Origin: Candidatus Woesearchaeota archaeon | GTDB lineage: Archaea; Nanobdellota; Nanobdellia; Pacearchaeales; GW2011-AR1 | DNA length: 37,977 nt | NCBI GenBank assembly: GCA_964652735.1 | Contig: CAZZCD010000001.1 | Span: forward strand, 1 to 37,977 | Direction: 5' to 3' | Shown here: piece after piece, positions 15,758-24,651 of the stretch | How positions within the stretch are numbered: position 1 is the first letter of the stretch | Layout of the letters: every line of letters begins with the position of its first letter | Notes under the pieces: generated by a model | Told to the model about the DNA's origin: nothing | The model's input: only the letters and a program-made list of their open reading frames with translations | Databases searched by the model: none | Made by a program: the position numbers and the translations under genes

Positions 15758-17460
15758 CCATATCTCCAGTTTCTTTTCTGGTGCTCAAAATCTTTTTTTA
15801 TTTCTTCTAATGTTGTTATTTCATTTAAAGGTTTGTCTGGGCGAAGTGCTGTGAATCTTGGAAATCTTAAGGCAAACCCAGAATTGTAGTTTGGAGATTT
15901 CTGGATTTCTTGATATGTTACAGCAATAACAATTTTTGGCTTAATTTTCACTGATTTCCCTTTTTCCTCTATAATATGTGGTGTAAGTTTTTTCGTAAGT
16001 TCTGCAAAAGAAATTCCCATCTCTGCTTTCTCCTTTATTCCTGTTCCCATTTTTCCTATTTCAAGAAATTTTCCTTTTTTATCCTTACATGAAAGAATAA
16101 AACTTGATATCCAGCCTGAACGCTTCCCTGTTCCATATATTCCTCCTGTTATTACAAGATCTAGGTCTCTTTCTTCTGGTTTTATCTTTAGCATGTGTCC
16201 TACTCTGCTGCCTGGCTGATACTCTCTCTTGAGATTTTTCATCATAACTCCTTCTTGATTGTCTTTAAGGGATTTTTCATAGAATTTTTTCGCTATTTTT
16301 TCGTTTCCTGTTATTATCTGTTTTGCATGTATTATTTTATATGGATGATTCCTTAATATTTTTTTTATCAAGGCTGTTCTTTTCTCAAATGGTTCATCCA
16401 AAAGGGATTTTCCGTTGTAATAAAGAATGTCAAAGACATTTATTTCAATAGGGAGTTCTTTTTGAAGTTTATCGATGTGATATTTTCTTCTAATTCTCTG
16501 ACTAATGCTTTGGAAGGGTTTATATTCTTTTGTTTTTCTGTCAAATCCTACAGCTTCTGAGTCAAGAATAAAAGAATCTCCTTTAACATATTTTTTTATG
16601 TAATCTACAACTTCTGAAAATTGCTTAGTTACGTTTTCTAAACTCCTGGTGAAAAGAATTATCTCTTTACCTTTTTTATGAATCAACATCCTAAAACCAT
16701 CATATTTATATTCTATTGCACAAGGTTTTCCTACTTTTTCAAAACCTTCTTTAAGACTTTTTACTTTTTGTGCGAGCATGACTTTTATAGGTTTTCCAAC
16801 TTGAAGCTGAACTTTTTCAAAACCCTTTAGTTTTCTTTTTCTTGCAATATCAAAAACCATGGCTAGGTCATTTGATTTATCTATAGCACTTTGAATCTTT
16901 TTTTCTGTTTTAGAATCTCTTTTGAAAAATGCAGCAGCCAAAGATTCTCTGACAGTGCTCTCCTTGATCCCTATTCTTAGATCCCCTATCAAGGTTCTTA
17001 TAAGATAAAGTGCTTCAATAGGAGAAGCAGATGTTAAAAGCTCTGTTATTAGAGATAATTTTTTGCTTACAGTTCCTTTTCCTTCTAATTCTGGAAGTTT
17101 TCTTAAATTTTCAAGAACTTTTTCTGTAGTTAAAATGTGATGGTGAAGAGTTACTTGCTTTTTTTTTGCTGTGAGGACTTCTGCAACTTTTCCCAAATCT
17201 CCAATAACTTTCCACTCTCTAACAACTTTTTGTGAATCTATTCCTGTCGCTTTTGAAATAGCTTTTATTACCAGCTGATTGCTTATTCCAATTTTTCTTT
17301 CATTATATTCAGGATAAATATCTCCAAGCAAGAGATACATGATATCTCTGTCTGATTCAGAGAGGTGTTTTAAAAATTTTGAAAGAATAGCAATCTTTTC
17401 AAGACGTTTTGTTGTGCTGAATAATTCTTCATATAACTCAGCAAGTTTTTGATACCTCAT
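15754..17460 (-). CDS. lig: ATP-dependent DNA ligase
   Basis: Adenylation motif I is CAIEYKYDGFR. FILDSEAV, EGVMMK and the C-terminal LRFPRF are also present. Confidence 0.95.
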   Translation of the reverse strand: MRYQKLAELYEELFSTTKRLEKIAILSKFLKHLSESDRDIMYLLLGDIYPEYNERKIGISNQLVIKAISKATGIDSQKVVREWKVIGDLGKVAEVLTAKKKQVTLHHHILTTEKVLENLRKLPELEGKGTVSKKLSLITELLTSASPIEALYLIRTLIGDLRIGIKESTVRESLAAAFFKRDSKTEKKIQSAIDKSNDLAMVFDIARKRKLKGFEKVQLQVGKPIKVMLAQKVKSLKEGFEKVGKPCAIEYKYDGFRMLIHKKGKEIILFTRSLENVTKQFSEVVDYIKKYVKGDSFILDSEAVGFDRKTKEYKPFQSISQRIRRKYHIDKLQKELPIEINVFDILYYNGKSLLDEPFEKRTALIKKILRNHPYKIIHAKQIITGNEKIAKKFYEKSLKDNQEGVMMKNLKREYQPGSRVGHMLKIKPEERDLDLVITGGIYGTGKRSGWISSFILSCKDKKGKFLEIGKMGTGIKEKAEMGISFAELTKKLTPHIIEEKGKSVKIKPKIVIAVTYQEIQKSPNYNSGFALRFPRFTALRPDKPLNEITTLEEIKKDFEHQKRNWRYG

Positions 17461-17708
17461 TTGTTTCCATACTTTTCATTTATTCTGATTAAACCATAAA
17501 TTGAAGATATTATAAATACTCCTTGGAGAATTATAAAGATTAAATCATTAATATAAATACTATAGAGTTCTAAACATATTCCTCCTAATATAAGTAAAGG
17601 ATAAGTATATCGTCTTCTAATACTTTTTTTCATAGAAACCATAAATGTCCCAGAAATTATTGCTACTAAGCCAATAATAGCTAATATATGAAAAGTATTT
17701 ATCACCAT
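17457..17708 (-). CDS. small integral membrane protein
   Basis: 83 aa with three hydrophobic segments. The stop overlaps the ligase start (ATGA-type 4-nt overlap). Confidence 0.5.
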   Translation of the reverse strand: MVINTFHILAIIGLVAIISGTFMVSMKKSIRRRYTYPLLILGGICLELYSIYINDLIFIILQGVFIISSIYGLIRINEKYGNK

Positions 17709-17732
17709 ATTTTTTTAAAGAAAGAGATATTT

Positions 17733-18008
17733 TTAAGGTTGTTTATTTTCAAAAAAATCTTCAGCTTCTTTTTCCATCTTGTCAAGCCGGTCATAATAAT
17801 CCAAGAATTCATTGAGATGAGCTAGAGCAATTTTTCCAGTGATTAAAGGATTATCGTCTGAAACATTTGTATTTGAATCTATAGTTCCATGTTCAAGTTC
17901 AACATCCATGCCATGCCTAAACTGTTCTACATCAAACTTATCCCATTTAATTCCAAGTTTTTCTCCGACTTCTTTTGCTTGTTCTTCTGTGAAATGTTTT
18001 TTCTCCAT
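17733..18008 (-). CDS. small conserved acidic protein (possibly DUF5661-like)
   Basis: GMDVELEHGT...IALAHLNEFLDYYDRL. The family name is from memory only. The start codon abuts the L15e stop. Confidence 0.45.
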   Translation of the reverse strand: MEKKHFTEEQAKEVGEKLGIKWDKFDVEQFRHGMDVELEHGTIDSNTNVSDDNPLITGKIALAHLNEFLDYYDRLDKMEKEAEDFFENKQP

Positions 18009-18581
18009 TTATTTCCCCAACCTTCCTTTTGCTCTTAAGCTTGGTCTGGTTTTCATTTCTCTGGATTTTTTTCTTAGACCACGGGCTTTTTTCCCTGCGC
18101 TTGTAAGTCCTCTAAAAGGTCTTTTTCTGTTTTCTGGTTTTGTTATCCAGTTTATTGTTTTGTCATTTTTTATTTCAGGTCTTTTAGGATCTACTAAGAT
18201 AATTTCATAAAAATAATGTACTCCATCTTTTCCGATTAAATATGAGTTAAGCACCTCAAGATTTGTATATTTTCTCGCAGCTCTCTGCTCGGCAATCCAT
18301 TGGTAATTCATTCTTAGAGTTTTTCTGGTGTGAAGTCTTTTGCTTCTTCGGCCTTTATTAGGTCTTGGTCTTTTGTGCCCCCCTCTTTTTATTCTAACAC
18401 GGACAATCACAAAACCTTTTTTGTTTTTATACCCTAAGACACGTGCTCTGTCAAGCCTTAATGGTTTGTCAACTTTTACAATTGTCTGACTTTTACGCCA
18501 TTCAATCATTCTCTCTCTAAGAGTTTTTATATCTGGTTTTTTCCACGCTTCTTTCAAAAAATGATACATTCCTTTTGCCAT
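18009..18581 (-). CDS. rpl15e: 50S ribosomal protein L15e
   Basis: MAKGMYHFLKEAWKKP...RLDRARVLGYKNKKGFVIVRVRIKRGG is highly characteristic of L15e. Confidence 0.95.
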   Translation of the reverse strand: MAKGMYHFLKEAWKKPDIKTLRERMIEWRKSQTIVKVDKPLRLDRARVLGYKNKKGFVIVRVRIKRGGHKRPRPNKGRRSKRLHTRKTLRMNYQWIAEQRAARKYTNLEVLNSYLIGKDGVHYFYEIILVDPKRPEIKNDKTINWITKPENRKRPFRGLTSAGKKARGLRKKSREMKTRPSLRAKGRLGK

Positions 18582-18593
18582 TTTATTTTTAAA

Positions 18594-18741
18594 TGAGCCT
18601 GCTCGGATTTGAACCGAGGACCCCTACCTGGCTGAGATTAAGATAAGATCTTTCCTGTCTTAATCCTATCAGAATCACCTCCTGCTTGACTTTTACATCA
18701 AGGCAGAATGTAGTGCTCTAACCAGACTGAGCTACAGGCTC
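18594..18741 (-). tRNA. tRNA-Ile(GAU) with two introns (36 nt at 30/31 and 37 nt at 37/38)
   Basis: The reverse complement reads GAGCCUG-UA-GCUC-AGUCUGGUUA-GAGC-A-CUAC|36 nt|U-CUGAUA|37 nt|A-GGUAG-GGGUC-CUCGG-UUCAAAU-CCGAG-CAGGCUC-A. Exons are 18710-18741, 18667-18673 and 18594-18629. Both introns are flanked by BHB-type motifs (see findings). Confidence 0.78.
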
Positions 18742-18792
18742 ATTAAAATTTGAAAGAAAAGGTATATTTATAAGTTTTCTTACTTCCTTGCT

Positions 18793-19467
18793 TTAATCTT
18801 TAGCTTCTAATTCTAGGACTAGTTTTTCTTTTGATAAATTATAATTTTTTACTGGCAAATTTATTGGAATTATTTTGTAATAAACTTTGTTTTTTGCCAA
18901 GGCTTTTATTTCAATGCTGTTTTCAAGCTGGGTTATAGAGACATCTTTTACTGATTTAACACCTGGCATATTTATTTCATAGACGATCTTATTTGAAAAT
19001 CTCCTTATATTTGTTTTAGGTTCTTCTTTTGGCAATCCAGTAAACTTCTTTGGGTCTGACATCGGAAGCTTTAGAGTCCTCACATTTTTCTTTATATGCT
19101 TTTCCTTCTCTTTAAATTCAGGAAGATTTCCAAAAGATTTGATTTTTATTTCTGGTGGCTTGTTTCCAGTTGTATGGATGCTAATACTTACCCCTCCTTT
19201 TTTCACCCTTGATTTTTTAGATTTATTTTCCATATTTTCAACGTTATTGAATTGTTTGTTGAGGTTTTTTAGAATTGTATTAAATAAAGTATTAAATCCC
19301 ATAGGAAGTTTTACATCTTCATAAGGTGAAAAGTCATTTCTTCCAAGAATCCCCCATTCTTTATCATCCTCAAAAATATCCTTAATAGGGGCTTTACAGT
19401 AAGGACAAAAATTGTAGCTGTTATTTATTTTTTCCCTGCAATTTTTACATTTTTTCTTTTTGAACAT
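18793..19467 (-). CDS. zinc-ribbon plus Hsp20/alpha-crystallin-domain protein
   Basis: The N-terminus CKNCREKINNSYNFCPYCKAPI is a CxxC-N12-CxxC ribbon. The C-terminus IVYEINMPGVKSVKDVSITQLENSIEIKA...YYKIIPINLPVKNYNLSKEKLVLEL looks like an alpha-crystallin domain. Confidence 0.6.
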   Translation of the reverse strand: MFKKKKCKNCREKINNSYNFCPYCKAPIKDIFEDDKEWGILGRNDFSPYEDVKLPMGFNTLFNTILKNLNKQFNNVENMENKSKKSRVKKGGVSISIHTTGNKPPEIKIKSFGNLPEFKEKEKHIKKNVRTLKLPMSDPKKFTGLPKEEPKTNIRRFSNKIVYEINMPGVKSVKDVSITQLENSIEIKALAKNKVYYKIIPINLPVKNYNLSKEKLVLELEAKD

Positions 19468-19508
19468 GTGACATTAATAGGGTTTTTGTTTAAATAGTTT
19501 TGCGTGTT

Positions 19509-20219
19509 TTATTTAGCTATTCTCCACATTAACTCGAAATATTTTTTATATCCTTCTGAAACATCTTTGTTCTTTATTACTATTGCTATTGGATTATCTT
19601 TGCTCCAAAAGATTATCGCGACCTTGTCTCTGTAGATATTAACTGCTAATGGAGAAGTATATTTTTTAGGAAGATATTTTATTTCTGCTAAAGGGATTTT
19701 GGGCTTTTTGTCTGATTTATTAAAAATTATTCTTGCTTTGATCTTTTGTTTACGCCTCTTAACATCAAACCATTTAAAATAAAATTCTAAAATCTCGTAT
19801 GCTAGTGGAGAAGCACCGAGGATGAGAATTTCTTTTGTTCCTTGTTTTAGCTGATCTTCCATTACTGTTTTGAGACCCTGTTTTCCTTTATAGAAATTTG
19901 TCTCCTGTTTTTCTTGGGTCTTTGTGTAAAGAAGCATCATCTCTGAAAGACTTTTGTTTATCAAATTTTCTTTTTCTTTAATTATATCTAGGAATTTTTC
20001 AGGAGAAGCAGCCTCAAAAAGTCTTCTATTATTTTTCAAAATATAGCCAATAAGTCCTTTTTGAATCAACATGTCTGTTATATCATAAACTGTCCGTCTG
20101 TGTAAACCTGTTTTTCTAGATATTTGTCCTGCTAGGCTTGGGCCTAATTCGAGTAATGCTTGATAAACCAGGGCTTCGTTGTGAGTGAGTCCGGATTGTT
20201 TAAGCACTTCTATATTCAT
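19509..20219 (-). CDS. TrmB-family transcriptional regulator
   Basis: The N-terminal winged HTH GLTHNEALVYQALLELGPSLAGQISRKTGLHRRTVYDITDMLIQKGL is typical of TrmB. Confidence 0.85.
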   Translation of the reverse strand: MNIEVLKQSGLTHNEALVYQALLELGPSLAGQISRKTGLHRRTVYDITDMLIQKGLIGYILKNNRRLFEAASPEKFLDIIKEKENLINKSLSEMMLLYTKTQEKQETNFYKGKQGLKTVMEDQLKQGTKEILILGASPLAYEILEFYFKWFDVKRRKQKIKARIIFNKSDKKPKIPLAEIKYLPKKYTSPLAVNIYRDKVAIIFWSKDNPIAIVIKNKDVSEGYKKYFELMWRIAK

Positions 20220-20251
20220 AAAATTTTAAAGAATTTAATCTATTTAAATGT

Positions 20252-20267
20252 GGTGATTTTTATCACC
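20252..20267. promoter_or_regulatory. perfect palindrome GGTGAT-TTTT-ATCACC; candidate operator for the adjacent TrmB-family regulator
   Basis: The inverted repeat lies 33-48 nt upstream of the TrmB-family start (20219), immediately distal to a TATTTAAA box (20241-20248). Confidence 0.4.
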
Positions 20268-20325
20268 TCTTAAATTAATTTACTAATTTTGGTTTATTTT
20301 ATTAACTAAATTCACAGAGGATAGA

Positions 20326-20805
20326 ATGACTGAAAAATTAGAAAGACAATTGATTGAAATTGTTGCACTAGATAGAATTGATAAGCCAATTTCGAGTATG
20401 TCTGCAAAACTCAAGAGAAGAAAGCCAAAATTAGCTAAAGCTGTCGATCTCTCTGATTTTGAAAACCATTATGATGGTAACAGGGTCCAGGCTAGAGTCC
20501 AGTACGATGATAAGCTCAAAGCTAGGGGCATGAAAGAAGGAATTGAAAAGTTTGAAAGCCAATTCCCAAAATATGGAAGAATCCTTAGATGTTATATAGA
20601 AGAGCAAAGAACAATGAGAGAAACCCACCTTTATTTTGAAATGCAAGATAGTTGTAGAATAACTTCTAACGATTACCTTGGGATTATGCAAGATCTTGGT
20701 TTTAGCCAAGCTATTTCAAAAAGGCTTTATCCAGAGTTAATGGATATAAGTAGGAAATTATCTAGAAAGAGAAATGAAACAGAGAGAAGCATTTTAATTG
20801 GTTAA
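20326..20805 (+). CDS. hypothetical protein
   Basis: 159-aa ORF with an ATG start, divergent from the TrmB-family gene. No motif recognised. Confidence 0.45.
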   Translation: MTEKLERQLIEIVALDRIDKPISSMSAKLKRRKPKLAKAVDLSDFENHYDGNRVQARVQYDDKLKARGMKEGIEKFESQFPKYGRILRCYIEEQRTMRETHLYFEMQDSCRITSNDYLGIMQDLGFSQAISKRLYPELMDISRKLSRKRNETERSILIG

Positions 20806-20835
20806 GTTTTTATACTTTCCCCTTTTTTCTTTTTT

Positions 20836-22248
20836 ATGACAAAGAAATTTTATGTTACGACTGCAATTGATTATGTTAGTGGAGAGCCTCATATAGGGCA
20901 TGCTTATCAGAAAGTTATAGCTGATGTTTTAGCTAGATGGCATAAACTGAAAGGAAAAGAAGTTTTCTTTTTAACAGGCACAGATGAACACGGACAGAAA
21001 ATAATTAGAAATGCAGAAGAAAATAAAAAAACCCCAAAAGAATTTGTTGATTTTTTAGCTCCGAAATTTAAGCATTCATGGAAATTACTTAATATAGATT
21101 TTGATAAATTTATTAGAACCACTGATGAAGAGCATGAAAAAAAAGTCCAGGAATTTATTAAACTAATGAATAAAAGAGGAGATATTTACAAAGGAGAATA
21201 TTCTGGTTTGTACTGTGAAGAATGCGAAGCTTATATTACTGAAAGAGAATTGGTCGATGGAAGGTGCCAGTTTCATCCAAATAAAGAAATTAAAAAATTG
21301 AAAGAAGAAACATATTTTTTTAAATTATCAAAATACGAGAAAAAACTTCTTGAATTGTATGAAAAAAATAAGAAATACATTCTCCCGGTTTTTAGGAGAC
21401 AAGAAATTATTAACAGGGTTAAAGAGGGCTTGAAGGATTTAAATATGGCTCGTTTGAAAGAGAATATGTCTTGGGGAATTCCATTTCCGTTGAATGATAA
21501 ATATGTCGTTTATGTATGGTATGAAGCTTTGTTAAATTATATAACGGGAATTGGTTGGCCAGATGAAAAGAAGTTTAAGGAATTCTGGCCTGCAGATGTA
21601 GAAATTCTTGGAATAGACAATGGTTGGTTTCACTGTGTGATATGGCCAACAATGTTGTTTTCTGCAGGAATAAAACCCCCAAAAACAATTTTAATTAATG
21701 GATTTTTGACTTTTAACGGACAGAAGATAAGTAAGAGCCTTGGAAATGTGATTTCTCCGGAATATCTCGTTAATAAATATGGTGCTGATTCAATAAGGTA
21801 TTATATCTGTAGAAATTTTGTTTTTGGTGAAGACGGAGATTTTTCTGAAAAAGTTTTAGTTGAAAGACACAATAATGAACTTGCAAATAAGCTTGGGAAT
21901 TTGGTAAGTAGGGTTTCTGGATTGGTTGAAAGGTATGGAGTGAAGAAAACAGAAAATAAACTTATTAAAAAATTAAATCTGAAAAAGATAGAAAAACTTA
22001 TAGAGAATTATGAATTTGACAAAGCATTAAACACAATTTTCGCCTTTATTGATATTTGTAATGAATATATTCAAAATAAAAAGCCATGGGAAACCAAAGA
22101 TAAAAAAATTCTTTATGAACTTAAAGAAAGTATTTTGAAAATTGCAGAACTACTTTGGCCATTTATTCCAGAATCAAGTGAGAAAATCACAAAGCAATTT
22201 AGTGCTAAGAAAATTAAAAAAAGCGAGATTTTATTTAAAAAGATTTGA
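20836..22248 (+). CDS. metG: methionyl-tRNA synthetase (minimal form, no C-terminal appended domain)
   Basis: HIGH motif GEPHIGHAY, FLTGTDEHGQKI, the zinc knuckle CEECEAY...CQFH, and the KMSKS variant KISKSLGN. Confidence 0.93.
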   Translation: MTKKFYVTTAIDYVSGEPHIGHAYQKVIADVLARWHKLKGKEVFFLTGTDEHGQKIIRNAEENKKTPKEFVDFLAPKFKHSWKLLNIDFDKFIRTTDEEHEKKVQEFIKLMNKRGDIYKGEYSGLYCEECEAYITERELVDGRCQFHPNKEIKKLKEETYFFKLSKYEKKLLELYEKNKKYILPVFRRQEIINRVKEGLKDLNMARLKENMSWGIPFPLNDKYVVYVWYEALLNYITGIGWPDEKKFKEFWPADVEILGIDNGWFHCVIWPTMLFSAGIKPPKTILINGFLTFNGQKISKSLGNVISPEYLVNKYGADSIRYYICRNFVFGEDGDFSEKVLVERHNNELANKLGNLVSRVSGLVERYGVKKTENKLIKKLNLKKIEKLIENYEFDKALNTIFAFIDICNEYIQNKKPWETKDKKILYELKESILKIAELLWPFIPESSEKITKQFSAKKIKKSEILFKKI

Positions 22249-22311
22249 TTTCACAACGAAAATATTTAAATACGCCTTATCATTCTAATAAGATATAAGA
22301 AAAGGGGCAAG

Positions 22312-23292
22312 ATGGCTGGAAAATCTAACAAACTTAAGATAAAAAAATTACAAATTAATTTTACTGATAAGTGGTTTTATACATTTGTAGTTGTAATTAG
22401 TTTAATTGCAATCGGTGTTGGGGTTTATGCTGCCGCAGGAACGACACCAAATCCAGGACATGCTATTACAGATCTTCAGCCTTGTGATACAGGAGAAATT
22501 TTGAAGAGTGGCGCAACTGGGTGGACATGCGGAACAGATGAGGTAGGGACTGATGGAACTAGTTTATGGATTCCAAATGGTTCAGATATCTATTATAATG
22601 ATGGCAACGTTGGGATTGGGACTACGGGTCCGAAGGTAGGACTTCATATCACAGCAGGTAGCGCGACAATTGCCTTAGATGATCCGGGCGTCGACAACTC
22701 TATGTGGAAATTTGATCATTATAGTGATGATGACAGTCTTCGTATCCGTAAAGCAGACGGTGAAGGAACCCTGCTGTTTGATGCCCTTACTATTAATCAA
22801 AACGGCAGCGTCGGCATCGGGATATCAGATCTAAGTTCATATAATTCATATAAATTAGCTGTGGGTGGACCTTTAATTAGTACTGGACCTTTATATACTA
22901 CTCAATATGGAGTTTTTGAAAAAGGAATCGTTATAAGTAATCATGATGGAATATGTTCGTCTGATGTTGCCGGAACGCTAAGATATAGGCAAGATTGTGC
23001 AGCATCTTCATGTACTCTTTATCTTGAAATATGTACGAGTTTCTCTTCTCCTCCTTCTTATAACTGGCGTGTGCTTGTAGAAAAAACTTTCATATCACTA
23101 AATCCCCCATCAGACCCTGAAAAAGTAACCCCACCTGATCCAGATGATATTCAGACAGAGTGCGATCCTGGTTTTGACTATGAGTGGTGTACAGGATGTT
23201 TTCACGACCCTGATTGTTATAATCTTGATGAAGAATATGAAGATTTTCTAGATTTCTGTTATTGGTCTCCTGAAGATGGGGAGTGTGAGTAA
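22312..23292 (+). CDS. membrane-anchored or secreted Cys-rich surface protein
   Basis: An N-terminal basic stretch plus TM segment (WFYTFVVVISLIAIGVGVYAAAG). The middle is Gly/Thr/Asp-rich with GNVGIGTTGP and NGSVGIGISD motifs. The acidic C-terminal third is rich in Cys and Pro. Confidence 0.55.
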   Translation: MAGKSNKLKIKKLQINFTDKWFYTFVVVISLIAIGVGVYAAAGTTPNPGHAITDLQPCDTGEILKSGATGWTCGTDEVGTDGTSLWIPNGSDIYYNDGNVGIGTTGPKVGLHITAGSATIALDDPGVDNSMWKFDHYSDDDSLRIRKADGEGTLLFDALTINQNGSVGIGISDLSSYNSYKLAVGGPLISTGPLYTTQYGVFEKGIVISNHDGICSSDVAGTLRYRQDCAASSCTLYLEICTSFSSPPSYNWRVLVEKTFISLNPPSDPEKVTPPDPDDIQTECDPGFDYEWCTGCFHDPDCYNLDEEYEDFLDFCYWSPEDGECE

Positions 23293-23349
23293 AAAAGAAA
23301 CAAATAAATAAATTTTATTATAATACTAATAAAAATTAAAATATTTTAA

Positions 23350-24126
23350 TCACGCTCTTAACCCAAGTTTTTTTAGAAGCCTTTTAATGACTTTTTCTCT
23401 GTCCTTTTTTGAATCATATTCTGCATCAAGAATCTTAGCAGCAATTTCTTTATACGCACGGGCAGCCTTGCTTTTTGGATATATGTGCACTAAAGCGTTT
23501 TTTTCATTTATTGATTTCTTAACATAATCATCTTCAGGAATCATCCCGAGAATAGGGATTTCAAGCATCTCCTTAACTACTTCTGGTGATAATTCTATCT
23601 TATCTTTTCTTACTCTTGTTACAATAACCCCTTTTACTGGTTTTTTCAGCTGCTCTGCAATCTTTACTGCCTTTAAAGCATCTGTTATTGCAGGCATTTC
23701 AGGATTTGTAACTATGATTAATTCATCTGCCAGTTCTATTGCGCAGAAAGTCTCATCCCCAAGACCAGCAGCACAATCAACTATTATGTTTTCTGAAATC
23801 TTTTTAAAATCTCTTTTAAAATCTTTCATTTTTTCTGGTTTTGTTCTTTTCAATTCTTTTATTGAAATAGAAGTAGGCATTATTTTTATTCCTGATTCAT
23901 GTTCATAAACAGCTTCAAATGGCTCTGCCTTTCCCTGTAAAATATGGTTTAAACTTACAGGAACTTCAGGAGCATTTAGATGAATTCCAACATTAGGAGT
24001 AGAGAGATTGCCATCGATAACTAGAACATCTTTTCCAAAATAATTCATAGCAGCAGCCAAATTTATTGCTGTTGTTGTTTTTCCCACACCCCCTTTTCCC
24101 GACGTGATAACAATTATTTTTGCCAT
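23350..24126 (-). CDS. minD: MinD/ParA-family P-loop ATPase (archaeal MinD)
   Basis: The deviant Walker A is ITSGKGGVGKTTT. VIDGNL and IIVTNPE are also present. Confidence 0.9.
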   Translation of the reverse strand: MAKIIVITSGKGGVGKTTTAINLAAAMNYFGKDVLVIDGNLSTPNVGIHLNAPEVPVSLNHILQGKAEPFEAVYEHESGIKIMPTSISIKELKRTKPEKMKDFKRDFKKISENIIVDCAAGLGDETFCAIELADELIIVTNPEMPAITDALKAVKIAEQLKKPVKGVIVTRVRKDKIELSPEVVKEMLEIPILGMIPEDDYVKKSINEKNALVHIYPKSKAARAYKEIAAKILDAEYDSKKDREKVIKRLLKKLGLRA

Positions 24127-24141
24127 TTTTGATTTTTCTGC

Positions 24142-24582
24142 CTATGATGGAAGAAATTGCTTTGTAGTGCTTATAAACTTTTCCAACTTATCCGCATAAA
24201 TTTTTAATTGTTCCAGATTTATATTTATTTCCTCTCCTTTATAAAAAACTCTGAGAGTTACATTTTTTCTAAACTCTCCAATTCTTTCTTTTCGTAATTC
24301 CTCTATTTTTCTGAACATCTTATGCATATCTATAACATCTAAGAAATCTTTATCTTTTTTGAAGAGTTTTGTTATGGCTTCTATTTTCCCAACAGGATTT
24401 GAAGGAATAGAAGAAATCTTTTTTTTCTTTTTTGCATATTTTAAAATTTTATCGATAACTGTTTCTATCATTTTTCTCCATCGTAGAATAAGATTCATTA
24501 TTACGTCACAGGTTTTTGTATACTTTAAACTAACATAGAGAAGATGGTCTGCACTTATTTTCTCCTTAATTATGTCTTCCAT
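24142..24582 (-). CDS. hypothetical helical protein, paralogue of the upstream gene
   Basis: The track ORF begins at a GTG (24600). The ATG at 24582 (MEDIIKEK...) is preferred. It shares the pattern E-x-II...DHxxYV...K...IL with ORF 24652-25122. Confidence 0.45.
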   Translation of the reverse strand: MEDIIKEKISADHLLYVSLKYTKTCDVIMNLILRWRKMIETVIDKILKYAKKKKKISSIPSNPVGKIEAITKLFKKDKDFLDVIDMHKMFRKIEELRKERIGEFRKNVTLRVFYKGEEININLEQLKIYADKLEKFISTTKQFLPS

Positions 24583-24651
24583 AAAATATTTCCCCTTCAC
24601 CCTCTCAGAATAGAAGTACTTTATTAAGATTACGAGCTTTTTATATTTTTC

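Noticed and set aside
18594-18741. Alternative readings of the long tRNA: a single 73-nt intron, or a tRNA-Gln(CUG) using the first UUCUG segment.
   Set aside because: The single-intron model leaves an A31-G39 mismatch, puts a pyrimidine at position 37 and gives no BHB. The two-intron model gives two BHB motifs with symmetric cut positions, a 5-bp anticodon stem, the loop CUGAUAA, and a D-arm and A73 typical of tRNA-Ile.
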